Assembly: GCA_965227515.1 (NCBI GenBank)
Contig: CBDDFZ010000002.1
Location: 1,120,001 to 1,184,000, forward strand
Direction: 5' to 3'
DNA: 64,000 bases
From: Alphaproteobacteria bacterium
GTDB lineage: Bacteria > Pseudomonadota > Alphaproteobacteria > CALKHQ01
The notes below the pieces were generated by a model that had not been told where the DNA came from, ran no database searches, and saw nothing but the letters and a program-made list of their open reading frames with translations. The translations under genes were made by a program, and so were the position numbers. Below, piece after piece: positions 21,157 through 30,852 of this stretch. Numbering within the stretch: the stretch's first letter is position 1; each line of letters starts with the position of its first letter.

Positions 21157-22718
21157 GCACCGCCGCCACAACAGCCTCTGGCACCGGCGCCATCGGCATC
21201 GAGACGATCTCGGTCACCAAGCGGTTCGGCCCGTTCACCGCGCTGGATGCGGTGTCGATGCAGGTCGCACCCGGCGAGATGCACGCGCTGTTGGGCGAGA
21301 ACGGCGCCGGCAAGTCGACGCTGGTCAAGTGCGTGATGGGCTACTACCACGCCGACGACGGCAATATCGTCATCGACGGGCGCGAGCGCGAGATCGCCAA
21401 CCCCCGCGACGCCCACAGCCACGGGCTGGGCATGGTCTATCAGCACTTCACGCTGGTGCCGTCGATGACCGTTGCCGAGAACCTGGTGATGGCCCGTGCC
21501 GACGTGCCGACGGTGATCGACTGGAAGCGCGAGTTCGAGGCGCTGGAGGCGTTTCTGGCGCGGATGCCGTTCAAGGTGCCGCTGCGCAAGGCGGTGGCCG
21601 ATCTCGCGGCCGGTGAGCGTCAGAAGACCGAGATCCTGAAGCAGCTCTATCTGGAGCGCCGGTTCCTGATCCTGGACGAGCCCACGTCGGTGCTGACGCC
21701 GGGCGAGGCCGACGAGATGCTGGGCCTGCTGCGCGGGCTGACCCGCGACGGCGTGCTGTCGATCCTGATGATCACCCACAAGTTCCGCGAGGTGATGGGC
21801 TATGCCGACGCGGTGACGGTGCTGCGGCGCGGCAAGCTCGCCGGCACCGGCGCGGTCGCCGACCTGACCCGCGAGGATCTGGCCGCGATGATGATCGGCA
21901 GCGCCACCCTGCCGGAGAGTGCCGCGCGCGAGGGCACGCCCGCCGCGCGCACCATGCTGACGCTGAGCGGGCTGACGGCAGAGGATGCCTCCGGCCACAA
22001 GGGCATCGATATCGCCGACCTGAAGGTCCATGCCGGCGAGGTCGTCGGTATCGCCGGTGTCTCCGGCAACGGCCAGAAGGAACTGGTCGAGGTGATCGGC
22101 GGCCAGCGCCCGCCGACCGGCGGTGCGATGCGGGTGGAGGACGCGGACTATGGCGCCACCCGGCGCCAGGCCCAGGCGCTGAAGGTGCGCTGCCTGCCCG
22201 AGGAGCCGCTGCGCAATGCCTGCGTGCCGCGCATGTCGGTGGCCGACAACCTTTCGTTCCGCGAATTCGACCGCACCGGTAAGACAAACGGCAAGGCCAA
22301 TGGCGCGGCCCGGCCCGCGATGTGGCTGAACCGGGGGCGGATCGGCCGCCGCGCCGCCGAACTGATCGGACGCTACCAGATCAAGACGGCGTCGAAGGAG
22401 TCGGAGATCGCAACCCTTTCCGGCGGCAACGTGCAGCGCACGGTGCTGGCGCGCGAGCTTTCCGGCGAGGTGCATCTGCTGATCGCCGCCAACCCGTGCT
22501 TCGGGCTGGATTTCGCGGCGGTTGCCGAGATCCGCGGCCAGATCATGGCCGCACGCAACCGAGGCGTCGGCGTGCTGCTGATCAGCGAGGATCTGGACGA
22601 GTTGTTCGAGCTGTCCGACCGCATCCTGGTGATGTCGGAAGGCAAGATCGTCTACGAGACGCCGATCGAGACCGCCGACGTGCAGACCATCGGCACCCAC
22701 ATGGCCGGGCATCATTAG
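21153..22718 (+). CDS. ABC transporter ATPase (duplicated NBD, nucleoside/sugar type)
   Basis: [17 protein letters not shown]; GTGA overlap with biuH. Confidence 0.9.
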   Translation: MSTAATTASGTGAIGIETISVTKRFGPFTALDAVSMQVAPGEMHALLGENGAGKSTLVKCVMGYYHADDGNIVIDGREREIANPRDAHSHGLGMVYQHFTLVPSMTVAENLVMARADVPTVIDWKREFEALEAFLARMPFKVPLRKAVADLAAGERQKTEILKQLYLERRFLILDEPTSVLTPGEADEMLGLLRGLTRDGVLSILMITHKFREVMGYADAVTVLRRGKLAGTGAVADLTREDLAAMMIGSATLPESAAREGTPAARTMLTLSGLTAEDASGHKGIDIADLKVHAGEVVGIAGVSGNGQKELVEVIGGQRPPTGGAMRVEDADYGATRRQAQALKVRCLPEEPLRNACVPRMSVADNLSFREFDRTGKTNGKANGAARPAMWLNRGRIGRRAAELIGRYQIKTASKESEIATLSGGNVQRTVLARELSGEVHLLIAANPCFGLDFAAVAEIRGQIMAARNRGVGVLLISEDLDELFELSDRILVMSEGKIVYETPIETADVQTIGTHMAGHH

Positions 22719-22738
22719 ATCATGTCAGCTTTCGCTGA

Positions 22739-22822
22739 AGTCGGCACCGGCCCGCTCCCCCACCCGACCACCCATCAATCATACTGTCGTTGGGCGGCCG
22801 GCTGGGCATGCGGGCCTGTGCC
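22739..22822. repeat. Palindromic intergenic repeat, family B, copy 1
   Basis: AGTCGGCACCGGCCCGCTCCCCCACCCGACCACCCA...TGGGCGGCCGG; aligns in reverse with 36929-37011. Confidence 0.75.
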
Positions 22823-22849
22823 AAAGCGAAAGACAGGCCAGAGAACCTT

Positions 22850-23515
22850 ATGACCGCCGTTTCCGCCCAGCCTTTCGACTTCGACCTGGACCCCGCGCGC
22901 GTGGCGCTGATCGTCATCGACATGCAGCGCGACTTCATCGAGTCTGGCGGCTTTGGCGCCAGCTTGGGCAACGACGTCAGCCTGCTTGCCGCCATCGTGC
23001 CGGCAGTGAAGCGGGCGATCGAGGCGTTCCGGGCACATGGCCTGCCCATCGTCCACACCCGCGAGTGCCACCGTCCCGACCTTTCCGACTGCCCGCCGGC
23101 CAAGCGCGAGCGCGGCAGCCCGAGCCTGCGCATCGGCGATCCGGGACCGATGGGCCGCGTGCTGATTGCCGGCGAACCGGGGGCGGAGATCGTGCCCGAC
23201 CTGCTGCCGGCCGACGGCGAGATCGTTATCGACAAGCCCGGCAAGGGCGCGTTCTACGCCACCGACTTGACGGCGGCGCTGGAAGCGCGCGGCATCCGCC
23301 AACTCGTTTTCACCGGCGTCACCACGGAGGTGTGCGTGCAGACCACCATGCGCGAAGCCAACGACCGTGGCTATGAGTGCCTGTTGCTGGAGGACGGGAC
23401 CGAGAGCTACTTCCCGGCCTTCAAGGCGGCGGCGATTGAGATGATCCGCGCCCAGGGCGCCATCGTCGGGTGGACCACCGATACCGACACGCTGATCGCG
23501 GCTCTAGATGCCTGA
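22850..23515 (+). CDS. trtA: Triuret hydrolase (isochorismatase family, BiuH paralogue)
   Basis: [21 protein letters not shown] and QGAIVG are the TrtA-type substitutions relative to the neighbouring BiuH. Confidence 0.78.
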   Translation: MTAVSAQPFDFDLDPARVALIVIDMQRDFIESGGFGASLGNDVSLLAAIVPAVKRAIEAFRAHGLPIVHTRECHRPDLSDCPPAKRERGSPSLRIGDPGPMGRVLIAGEPGAEIVPDLLPADGEIVIDKPGKGAFYATDLTAALEARGIRQLVFTGVTTEVCVQTTMREANDRGYECLLLEDGTESYFPAFKAAAIEMIRAQGAIVGWTTDTDTLIAALDA

Positions 23516-23861
23516 ACCTTTTTCTTATAGCGGCTTGATCAATGGCGGCTGGCGCGCGCTGGAGTTCGCGCCGTTCCGCGACGGTGTCGAGATCCATCGT
23601 CTCTATGCGGAGGGCGACGACGGGCCGGCGGCGGCGCTGCTGCGCTACGCCCCCGGCGCACAGGTGCCGCGCCACCTGCATCCCGGCTACGAGCACGTGA
23701 TCGTGCTGGAAGGGTCGCAGCGCGATGCCAACGGCCTGCACCAGACCGGCGACGTTGTCGTCAACACGCCGGGCAGCAGCCACGACGTGACCAGCGAAGA
23801 AGGCTGCGTTGTGCTGGTGATCTGGGGCCGGCCGGTGCGGTTTGAAGAGGCGGAAGCATGA
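23508..23861 (+). CDS. Small cupin (ChrR-like)
   Basis: [10 protein letters not shown]...N.PGSSH metal-binding cupin motifs; overlaps both neighbours. Confidence 0.85.
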   Translation: MPEPFSYSGLINGGWRALEFAPFRDGVEIHRLYAEGDDGPAAALLRYAPGAQVPRHLHPGYEHVIVLEGSQRDANGLHQTGDVVVNTPGSSHDVTSEEGCVVLVIWGRPVRFEEAEA

Positions 23862-24937
23862 GGCGCGCCGACGTGGTGTGCCTGCCCGCAGCCGGGCCGG
23901 ACGACACCTCGGCAATCGAGGCCGCCGTTGCCGTGGGCGACATCGACCCCGCGGCCATCGTCGCCATCCTCGGCAAGACCGAGGGCAATGGGTGCGTCAA
24001 CGATTTCACCCGCGGCTACGCGGTGCAGAACCTGAAGGCCATGCTCGCACGATACATTCGCGCGCCGGACGTGGACCGTGTCGCCATGGTCATGTCCGGC
24101 GGCACCGAGGGCGGGTTGTCGCCGCACTGGTTGGTGTTCTGTGCATACGATGCCGGTCGGACGTTCGCACCGAACGGCGGCGCGCTGGCCGTGACCGTCG
24201 CCCGCTCGCAAGAGCTCCGGCCTGAGGAAATCGGCCGCCGGGCGCAGGTCGATGCGGTGGCCGAAGCCGTTCGCGCGGCGATGGCGGATGCCGGCATCGC
24301 CGACGCCGGCGACGTGCACTACGTCCAGGTCAAATGCCCGCTGCTGACCGCCGCCAAGGTTGCCGATGCGGCGGTGCGCAGCAAGACCGCGGCCACCGCC
24401 GACACTCTGAAATCGATGGGGCTGTCGCGCGGCGCATCGGCGCTCGGCGTGGCCGTGGCGTTGGGCGAAATTCCGGAAAGCGCGGTCACCGATGGCATGA
24501 TCGGCACCGACACGGCGTTCTGGTCGAGCCGGGCAAGCTGCTCGGCGGGAGTCGAACTCGACGACTGCGAAATCGTGCTGATGGGCAACAGCGCGGGCTG
24601 GACCGGGCCGCTGCGCATCGCCCACGACGTGATGGCGGACGCTATCGACACCGCCGCCGCCGGCCGGGTGTTGCAGACCCTGGCCCTGCACCCCGGCTCG
24701 GACCATCTCCAGGCGGTGCTGGCCAAGGCCGAGGCCGCGCCCGATGGCCGTATTCGCGGCCGCCGGCACACCATGCTCGACGACAGCGACATTTCCTCCA
24801 CCCGCCATGCCCGCGCGCTGGTTGGGGGCGCCCTGGCCGGTTTCATCGGCCGCACCGACCTGTTCGTATCCGGCGGCGCGGAGCACCAGGGGCCGGCCGG
24901 CGGCGGCCCGATCGCCATGATTGCCTGCGCGCCATAG
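23858..24937 (+). CDS. atzD: Cyanuric acid hydrolase (AtzD/barbiturase family)
   Basis: GKTEGNG, MSGG, SCSAG, VSGGAEHQGP.GGGP. Arg in SRGASALG and TRHARA favours cyanuric acid hydrolase over barbiturase. Confidence 0.85.
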   Translation: MRRADVVCLPAAGPDDTSAIEAAVAVGDIDPAAIVAILGKTEGNGCVNDFTRGYAVQNLKAMLARYIRAPDVDRVAMVMSGGTEGGLSPHWLVFCAYDAGRTFAPNGGALAVTVARSQELRPEEIGRRAQVDAVAEAVRAAMADAGIADAGDVHYVQVKCPLLTAAKVADAAVRSKTAATADTLKSMGLSRGASALGVAVALGEIPESAVTDGMIGTDTAFWSSRASCSAGVELDDCEIVLMGNSAGWTGPLRIAHDVMADAIDTAAAGRVLQTLALHPGSDHLQAVLAKAEAAPDGRIRGRRHTMLDDSDISSTRHARALVGGALAGFIGRTDLFVSGGAEHQGPAGGGPIAMIACAP

Positions 24938-25222
24938 GGACCAAACGGGTTGCGGCACGACCGCTATTCCGGTGCGTTGTGCCGGCTCGCCGATGCATCC
25001 GGCATCGCGGTCGCCCATTGGTCCCTGGGCACGCCTGCCGCTCCGACAATCAGGCCCGCAACGCTGACCTTGCGGCGTTTCTCAGCAGCCTGCTCGGCGG
25101 CCGACAGCAAGCTATCGCGACCAGCGACCCGCACGATCAAACAGATCGCAGTCCAAGTGGCGCAGACACCTCGAATGTCGGTGGATGATCGCGAGCTTCG
25201 CCGGATCGAGCGGCCGGCGCGA

Positions 25223-25520
25223 TCAGGGTCTGGCGGAGATGTTGTCCGCCACAATCAGATGCGGAAACAGCGCATAGGACTGGAAGCACATCGCGGTATC
25301 GCGCCGCTCGTGCGGGGCGGTTGTCACGTCCATATCGCCGATTTCGATCCTGCCCCTGGTCGGGGCGTGGAAACCGGCGATGGTCTTCAGCAGGATGGTC
25401 TTGCCGCACCCCGGCGGCCCAAGCAGGGTCACGAACTCGCCGGGCGCCACGGTCAACGACACGTCCGACAGCGCCTCGAACCCGTCGTCGAAAATCTTGG
25501 TAACGGCGATGACCTTCAGC
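25223..25520 (-). pseudogene. Truncated ABC transporter ATPase (PotA/MalK-like N-terminal fragment)
   Basis: GPPGCGKT Walker A and [10 protein letters not shown]...NI, then a stop before the signature and Walker B; no partner genes. Boundaries approximate. Confidence 0.75.
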
Positions 25521-25659
25521 GCGGACAAGGCTCCGACCCGCAAGAGTGGTAGGCACGACCGAGGCCACGTCCGGTGCAAGGACCGACGGGTGAAACGGCG
25601 CTTCAGGCGTGATTAGCCGCGCGGCGGGTCGCTTTCGTGAAGGTTCGGCGAAATATTTG

Positions 25660-26271
25660 TTATGGGCAGGGACAGTTGCGACGGCGGGCGGGCCATATGG
25701 CCAGCACGCTTTCCGGATTTGTCATCGTCCTGGGGCGCGGCGGGTCGGCGACTGTGCCGACGGAGATGAAGCCGGCCAGTCGCTCCACGTCCGCGATGCC
25801 GAGCCAATCCCGGATCACCGGGTCTTCGCAGCGATAGCCGGAGACGATCTTCGCGCCGAAGCCATGCGCTTCGATGGCGAGCAGCATGTTCTGCAGCGCG
25901 GTACCGACCGCAATCCACTGCTCATGGACTGGAATGTCCGCATGGCATGCATCGACCCGGGCGACCAGGGCCAGTTGCACTGGCGCGTTCAGCGCCTTGC
26001 CGCGCTCGCGCGCGAGTTCTTCGTCAGAGGCGTCTGCCCGGCGCGCGGTCAATGCCGCCGCAAAGGCATGCGCGAGGGCCTCGCGATCCAGGTTCAGCAG
26101 GCGCCAGGGCCTGAGCAGGCCATGATCCGGCGCCGCCAGTCCAGCAGCCGCGATATCGCGGAGCACCGCCAATGACGGCCCCGGTGGACGGAGCCGCCGC
26201 GGCGACACCGATCGCCGGCCATGGATGGCCGCCAGGATCGGCGATGGCATGTGCCGTTGGATCGCGTTCAT
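25660..26271 (-). CDS. Nitroreductase family protein (YdjA-like)
   Basis: RRSV, AAPDHGLLRPWR, ALQNMLLA...GFG, GFISVGT. Start is 26271 or 26250. Confidence 0.85.
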   Translation of the reverse strand: MNAIQRHMPSPILAAIHGRRSVSPRRLRPPGPSLAVLRDIAAAGLAAPDHGLLRPWRLLNLDREALAHAFAAALTARRADASDEELARERGKALNAPVQLALVARVDACHADIPVHEQWIAVGTALQNMLLAIEAHGFGAKIVSGYRCEDPVIRDWLGIADVERLAGFISVGTVADPPRPRTMTNPESVLAIWPARRRNCPCP

Positions 26272-26348
26272 CGGGCGGGACTCCGGCGGGCCACACGAGA
26301 TGCCGGTGAGTGGGGACTCACCTGTCCCCACCCACGGCAGCGCGGGAA

Positions 26349-28811
26349 CTAGACCTGATACTCTTTCGACTTGAATGTCAGGTGCCGGGTGACCTCCGGC
26401 GCGTTGGCGATCTTGCGGATGTCACCCCAGGTCTGCTTGTAGTTGGGGATAATCAACTCGTTGACCCCTTCGGAGATCACGTTCCCCATCACGCCGGTCG
26501 GGTAGGCGAACAGCATGAAGGTCTCATTCGGCTTGGCGGTCGGCGTCGGGTAGGCCATGGCCTGGGTGGCGCCGTTGGCATTGTAGATCTCGACCAGGTC
26601 GCCCTCGCCAATGCCCAGTTCTGCCATGTCATCGGGGTTCATCTCGATGAACGGCAGCGGCCAGCGGTCCATCACGAAGTCGTTCTGCTGGTCCAGATAG
26701 GCCGACTGCCAGACGTGGTTGGCGCGCCCGTTGTTGATCAGGAAGCGGTATGCTGCCTGCTCCTCGGCCTTGCCGGGAGCCTGCAGGCCACGCCACTGAG
26801 TGGACGCGAAAACCGCCCTGCCGTCTTCGCCACCGAAGACCCCATCGGCATAGAGGCGCTTGGTGCCGACGATGGTGTCGCCGTCCAGGCCCGTCGCTGG
26901 CTCCTGGAACCCGTTGGTCCCCATCGCACGCAACCGGTCGTAGGTGACGAACTCGCCGCCGCCCGCATTGGCGTGATAGCCGTCCATGAAGGCGTCTTCC
27001 TCGGTCGCCCAGTCATAGCCCTGGAACTTGGCCGCGGTCTCGCTGTCGCCAGCGGCCGCGAACGCGCGCTCCAACGCCTGCGCCAACCTGGCTGCTATCA
27101 GGCAGTCGGGCAACGCCTGCCCTGGCGGGTCCATGTACCGCTCGGTCAGGCGCATCCTGCGCTCGCCGTTCATCGACGTCAGGTTCATCTCACCCGACGT
27201 CGCCGCCGGCAGCACGACATGGCTGTACTCGCCAATTTTGGTCGGCACGATATCGACGTCGACCGAGAACAGGCCGCCCGCGCGGATCGCGCCCATGATC
27301 GCCTCGATCATGCCCTCGCGATCGCCATAGGGCACCGACGACATGGCATCGCGCACCATGTCGGTGCGGCGCTTATAGGCGCGCTTGAAGGCGGACGCAT
27401 TCAGCGTGGTCTTGAAGTGATCGCACGCCCAGATGTGATGGACGCCGCCCTGGCCGTCGATCAGTAGCTGGTCGACATAGGGTGCCGGCCGGCCGATGAA
27501 GCCGTCCGCCGGCCGGACATAGCCTTCCTGGTGACCGCCCATGCGCACGCAGCCGCCGCCGGGCCGGCCGATGTTGCCGGTCGCCAGCGCCACGTTCACC
27601 AGCGCCTGGTTGGTGCGGTAGTTGTCGTTGCCCCAGATCAGGCCCTTCTCGTAACAGAACATGGTGCGCCGCCGGGCGCCGCCCTCCTTGGGCTCGGCGA
27701 TCCAGTGCGCCGCCTGCTGGATCTGGTCGACGGTGAGCCCGGTAATCTCCGCGGCCTCTTCCAACGTGGTGCGGTTGTCGGCGACCGCCGCATCGAAATT
27801 GCTGGTCGAGGCCTCGATGAAGTCGCTGTCGGTCCAGCCCTGGTCGGCGATGTAGGTGAACAGCGCGTTGAACAGCGCCAGGTCGGTGCCGGAGTTGATG
27901 GCGAGGTGCAGCACGTTGTCCGCGCCCGCCGCCGTCTCGCAGGCATTGACGGTTACCGTCCGCCGTGGATCGACGATCACGATCCGGCCCGCCGCGTGCG
28001 GCTCGTCAGGCAGTTCCTCGCCCTTCAGACCCAGAGAGGTGCCGCGCAGGTTCGGAATCCAGTGGTTGAGGAAATAGTTGGTCTGAGTCTCCAGGGCATT
28101 GGTGCCGACGGCGAAGATGGTGTCGGCCAGTTCCGCATCCTGGTAGCAGTTGTTGAGTTCGCCCACACCCATGTCGCGGCTGCCGTGGACCTCCGAATTG
28201 TAGGCCGGCCGGTTGTGGATGCGGATGTTGCGCACCTTCATGCTCTCGAAATAGAGCTTGCCGGTCGCCCAGGTGTTCTCGTAGCCGCCGCCGGCCCCGC
28301 CATGGTCGAAGGCGGAGACGAACAGCCCGTCCTCGCCCTGTTCGGCAATGACCCGGCGGGTCACCTCAGCAACCAGGTCGATGGCGTCGTCCCATGAGGT
28401 CGGGTGCATGCCGGAATAGCGCCAGACCAGCGGATTGGTCAGCCGCTGCATCTGGGTGCCGGTGGTCTCCGAATAGCTGAGCTCGCCCTGGCGCGCGCCA
28501 CGGATGGAGCCCAGGCCCGAATTGACCTCGCACTCATGGTCCGGCTGGATGACCATGTGCACGTCACGGCCATCCTGCTTGACGATGTTGTACATCGACG
28601 GTGAGTACCAAGCCGTCGTTTCCGGCGACTGCTGCTCGCCGAGATCGACACCATAGTAGTTGCCGCCGGGATCGCTGGTGCCCTGGCGGTTGACCGGCCA
28701 GGTCAGCGCCTTGTAGCCGCAACCGACGATGCAGTAGTGGCAGGTCACGTTGCGGACCTCGGCGTCGGCCGGCGGAATCGGAAGGCGGTCGATATTGCGC
28801 TTGTATGCCAT
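26349..28811 (-). CDS. aioA: Arsenite oxidase large subunit
   Basis: CHYCIVGCGY 3Fe-4S motif, GLGSIRG, FDHGGAGGG, HNRPAYNSE. Confidence 0.97.
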   Translation of the reverse strand: MAYKRNIDRLPIPPADAEVRNVTCHYCIVGCGYKALTWPVNRQGTSDPGGNYYGVDLGEQQSPETTAWYSPSMYNIVKQDGRDVHMVIQPDHECEVNSGLGSIRGARQGELSYSETTGTQMQRLTNPLVWRYSGMHPTSWDDAIDLVAEVTRRVIAEQGEDGLFVSAFDHGGAGGGYENTWATGKLYFESMKVRNIRIHNRPAYNSEVHGSRDMGVGELNNCYQDAELADTIFAVGTNALETQTNYFLNHWIPNLRGTSLGLKGEELPDEPHAAGRIVIVDPRRTVTVNACETAAGADNVLHLAINSGTDLALFNALFTYIADQGWTDSDFIEASTSNFDAAVADNRTTLEEAAEITGLTVDQIQQAAHWIAEPKEGGARRRTMFCYEKGLIWGNDNYRTNQALVNVALATGNIGRPGGGCVRMGGHQEGYVRPADGFIGRPAPYVDQLLIDGQGGVHHIWACDHFKTTLNASAFKRAYKRRTDMVRDAMSSVPYGDREGMIEAIMGAIRAGGLFSVDVDIVPTKIGEYSHVVLPAATSGEMNLTSMNGERRMRLTERYMDPPGQALPDCLIAARLAQALERAFAAAGDSETAAKFQGYDWATEEDAFMDGYHANAGGGEFVTYDRLRAMGTNGFQEPATGLDGDTIVGTKRLYADGVFGGEDGRAVFASTQWRGLQAPGKAEEQAAYRFLINNGRANHVWQSAYLDQQNDFVMDRWPLPFIEMNPDDMAELGIGEGDLVEIYNANGATQAMAYPTPTAKPNETFMLFAYPTGVMGNVISEGVNELIIPNYKQTWGDIRKIANAPEVTRHLTFKSKEYQV

Positions 28812-28828
28812 GACAGATCCTCCCTCGC

Positions 28829-29356
28829 TCAGCCGGCCAGCACGTTGGTGAGACGGCCGTAGATCAGGTCGTCGACGCCCTCGGCGAAGATGTCGCCGGC
28901 ATCGTCGACCCGCAGGTGAAACTGCGGCAGGTTCGATGTCGCCTGGCCCCAGATCTGCAGGCCGCTCTTCTCGCAGTCGAAGCGGCTGTAGTGCCCCGGG
29001 CAGTTCAGCGACCGGTCTTCGGCGACGTAGGACAGCGGATAGCCCTTGTGCGGGCAGAGGATGGAGAAGCCGACGATGTCACCGTCCGGGCCCACGCCGG
29101 CCTCGGCCGCGGTGCCGAGCTTCAGCAGGACGCCGGGCGAGCGCTCGTCGGGGTAGCTGACGAACTGGGGCTGGTTCTCGACCAGGTCGGCCACATTGGC
29201 GAGCCGGGTCGACGGGTATTCGACCCGTGCCAGTGCCGGGGTCGCCTTGGCCTGTGTCGACGACGTGGCAACCAGCGCCGCGCCGGCGATGGCACCGCCG
29301 GACCTGCGCAGGAATTGGCGCCGGCCGACGCCAACCAGTTTCTCGCAGCCCTTCAT
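28829..29356 (-). CDS. aioB: Arsenite oxidase Rieske small subunit
   Basis: GRRQFL Tat motif; CPHKG...CPGH; GGAGGAG RBS before the ATG at 29356. Confidence 0.95.
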   Translation of the reverse strand: MKGCEKLVGVGRRQFLRRSGGAIAGAALVATSSTQAKATPALARVEYPSTRLANVADLVENQPQFVSYPDERSPGVLLKLGTAAEAGVGPDGDIVGFSILCPHKGYPLSYVAEDRSLNCPGHYSRFDCEKSGLQIWGQATSNLPQFHLRVDDAGDIFAEGVDDLIYGRLTNVLAG

Positions 29357-29402
29357 GGATCGAACTCCTCCCACAGTTGTCGGCATTGTTGCCGAACCAT
29401 GG

Positions 29403-29417
29403 GCAAGCTGCGTGCCA
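29403..29417 (-). promoter_or_regulatory. Sigma54 promoter of aioBA
   Basis: TGGCAC-GCAGC-TTGC on the minus strand. Confidence 0.9.
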
Positions 29418-29468
29418 GCGCCGAACCCGCCGATTTCCGCGGGTTCGTGCATGAGGCGGGGCTGAAAT

Positions 29469-29516
29469 GTTCGGAAATCCGAACGGGCGGGGCGGGACGT
29501 GTTCGGGAAGCCGAAC
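29469..29516. promoter_or_regulatory. Two putative AioR binding palindromes
   Basis: GTTCGG-AAAT-CCGAAC (29469-29484) and GTTCGG-GAAG-CCGAAC (29501-29516), 32-bp period, upstream of the sigma54 site. Confidence 0.8.
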
Positions 29517-29523
29517 GCCGCGA

Positions 29524-30852
29524 TTAGCCGGATCGAACCGCGATGCCCATACGGCGCATCCGCTCCCACAGGGTGGTGCGCGATATGCCCAACAGGCGGG
29601 CCGCATCCTGGATCTGGCCGCCCGTTGCCTCCAACACGGAGACGATGTGCTGGCGCTCCGCCTGCTCGCGGACGGCCTCAAGGGTCTGCGGAGCGGTGTC
29701 GTCGGCAAGTGCGTCCTCGGGGAACAGGTCGCTGGCCGTGATCGCCGGGCCCGCGCAAAGGGCGACGGCGCGCTCGGCACGGTTACGCAATTCGCGCACG
29801 TTGCCGCGCCACCGGTGATCGCGCGCGGCCGCCATGGCATCGGCACCGACCCTTGGCGCGGGCACCCGGCCCATGACGCCCGCGAACTCCGCCACGAACG
29901 CCGGTAGCAAGGTTGCGATGTCCTCCGGCCGATCGCGCAGCGGCGGAATATGGACCGGGATGACATTGATGCGGAACAGCAGGTCCTCGCGAAATCGCTC
30001 GGCGCGCACCAGGTCGTCCAGGTCGGCGTGGGTGGCAGTAACGATGCGGGCGTCGAAATGCTGCGCCCGCTCGCCCCCCACCGGGGTGAACCGGCGTTCC
30101 TGCAGCACCCGCAACAGCTTGGCCTGCACGGCCAGCGGCAGGTCGCCAATCTCGTCGAGGAACAGGACGCCGCCGGCGGCGCGTTCCAGGTAGCCGCGAT
30201 GCGATGCGACGGCGCCGGTGAACGCACCCTTCACGTGGCCGAAAAGCTCGCTCTCGATCAGGTCGGCCGGGATCGCCGCGCAGTTGACGGCCACGAACGG
30301 CAGCGACGACCGGTTCGATCGCGCATGCAGGAAACGGGCGGCCACCTCCTTGCCGGCGCCGCTCTCACCGGTCAGAAGCACGGTGGAGTCGATATCGACC
30401 AGACGTTCGAGCAAGTGCTGCACCCGGCGCATGGCGGGCGAGGTGCCGAGGTCATTGTCACCGTCAAGACGATCCGAGGTGCCGATCGTGCTCGACACCT
30501 TCTCCAGGAACGCCGTCATTTCGAACGGCTTCGTCACGTAGTCTGCCGCGCCTTCGCGCATCAAGGTGACCGCCTGATCGATATCGCCATAGGCCGTGGT
30601 CAGGATCACCGGCACTTCCTGGCCGGTGGCGAGCAGGTGCCGGAACACCTCCGCGCCACTGATATCCGGCAGGCGGATGTCACAGATCAGAACGTCGAGT
30701 GCGGTGCCGTCCAGGCCGCGGATGGCATCGCGACCGCAGCTCCAGTGCAAGGCGTCATAGCCTTCCAGCCGCAATCGCTGCACCAGCGACTGGGCCATGA
30801 TCGGGTCGTCTTCCAGAACGCCGACACGCGGCGCGCTTTCATGCGGCGTCAT
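29524..30852 (-). CDS. aioR: Sigma54-dependent response regulator
   Basis: Receiver domain, GESGAGKE, GAFTGA, C-terminal Fis-type HTH; aio context. Confidence 0.92.
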   Translation of the reverse strand: MTPHESAPRVGVLEDDPIMAQSLVQRLRLEGYDALHWSCGRDAIRGLDGTALDVLICDIRLPDISGAEVFRHLLATGQEVPVILTTAYGDIDQAVTLMREGAADYVTKPFEMTAFLEKVSSTIGTSDRLDGDNDLGTSPAMRRVQHLLERLVDIDSTVLLTGESGAGKEVAARFLHARSNRSSLPFVAVNCAAIPADLIESELFGHVKGAFTGAVASHRGYLERAAGGVLFLDEIGDLPLAVQAKLLRVLQERRFTPVGGERAQHFDARIVTATHADLDDLVRAERFREDLLFRINVIPVHIPPLRDRPEDIATLLPAFVAEFAGVMGRVPAPRVGADAMAAARDHRWRGNVRELRNRAERAVALCAGPAITASDLFPEDALADDTAPQTLEAVREQAERQHIVSVLEATGGQIQDAARLLGISRTTLWERMRRMGIAVRSG

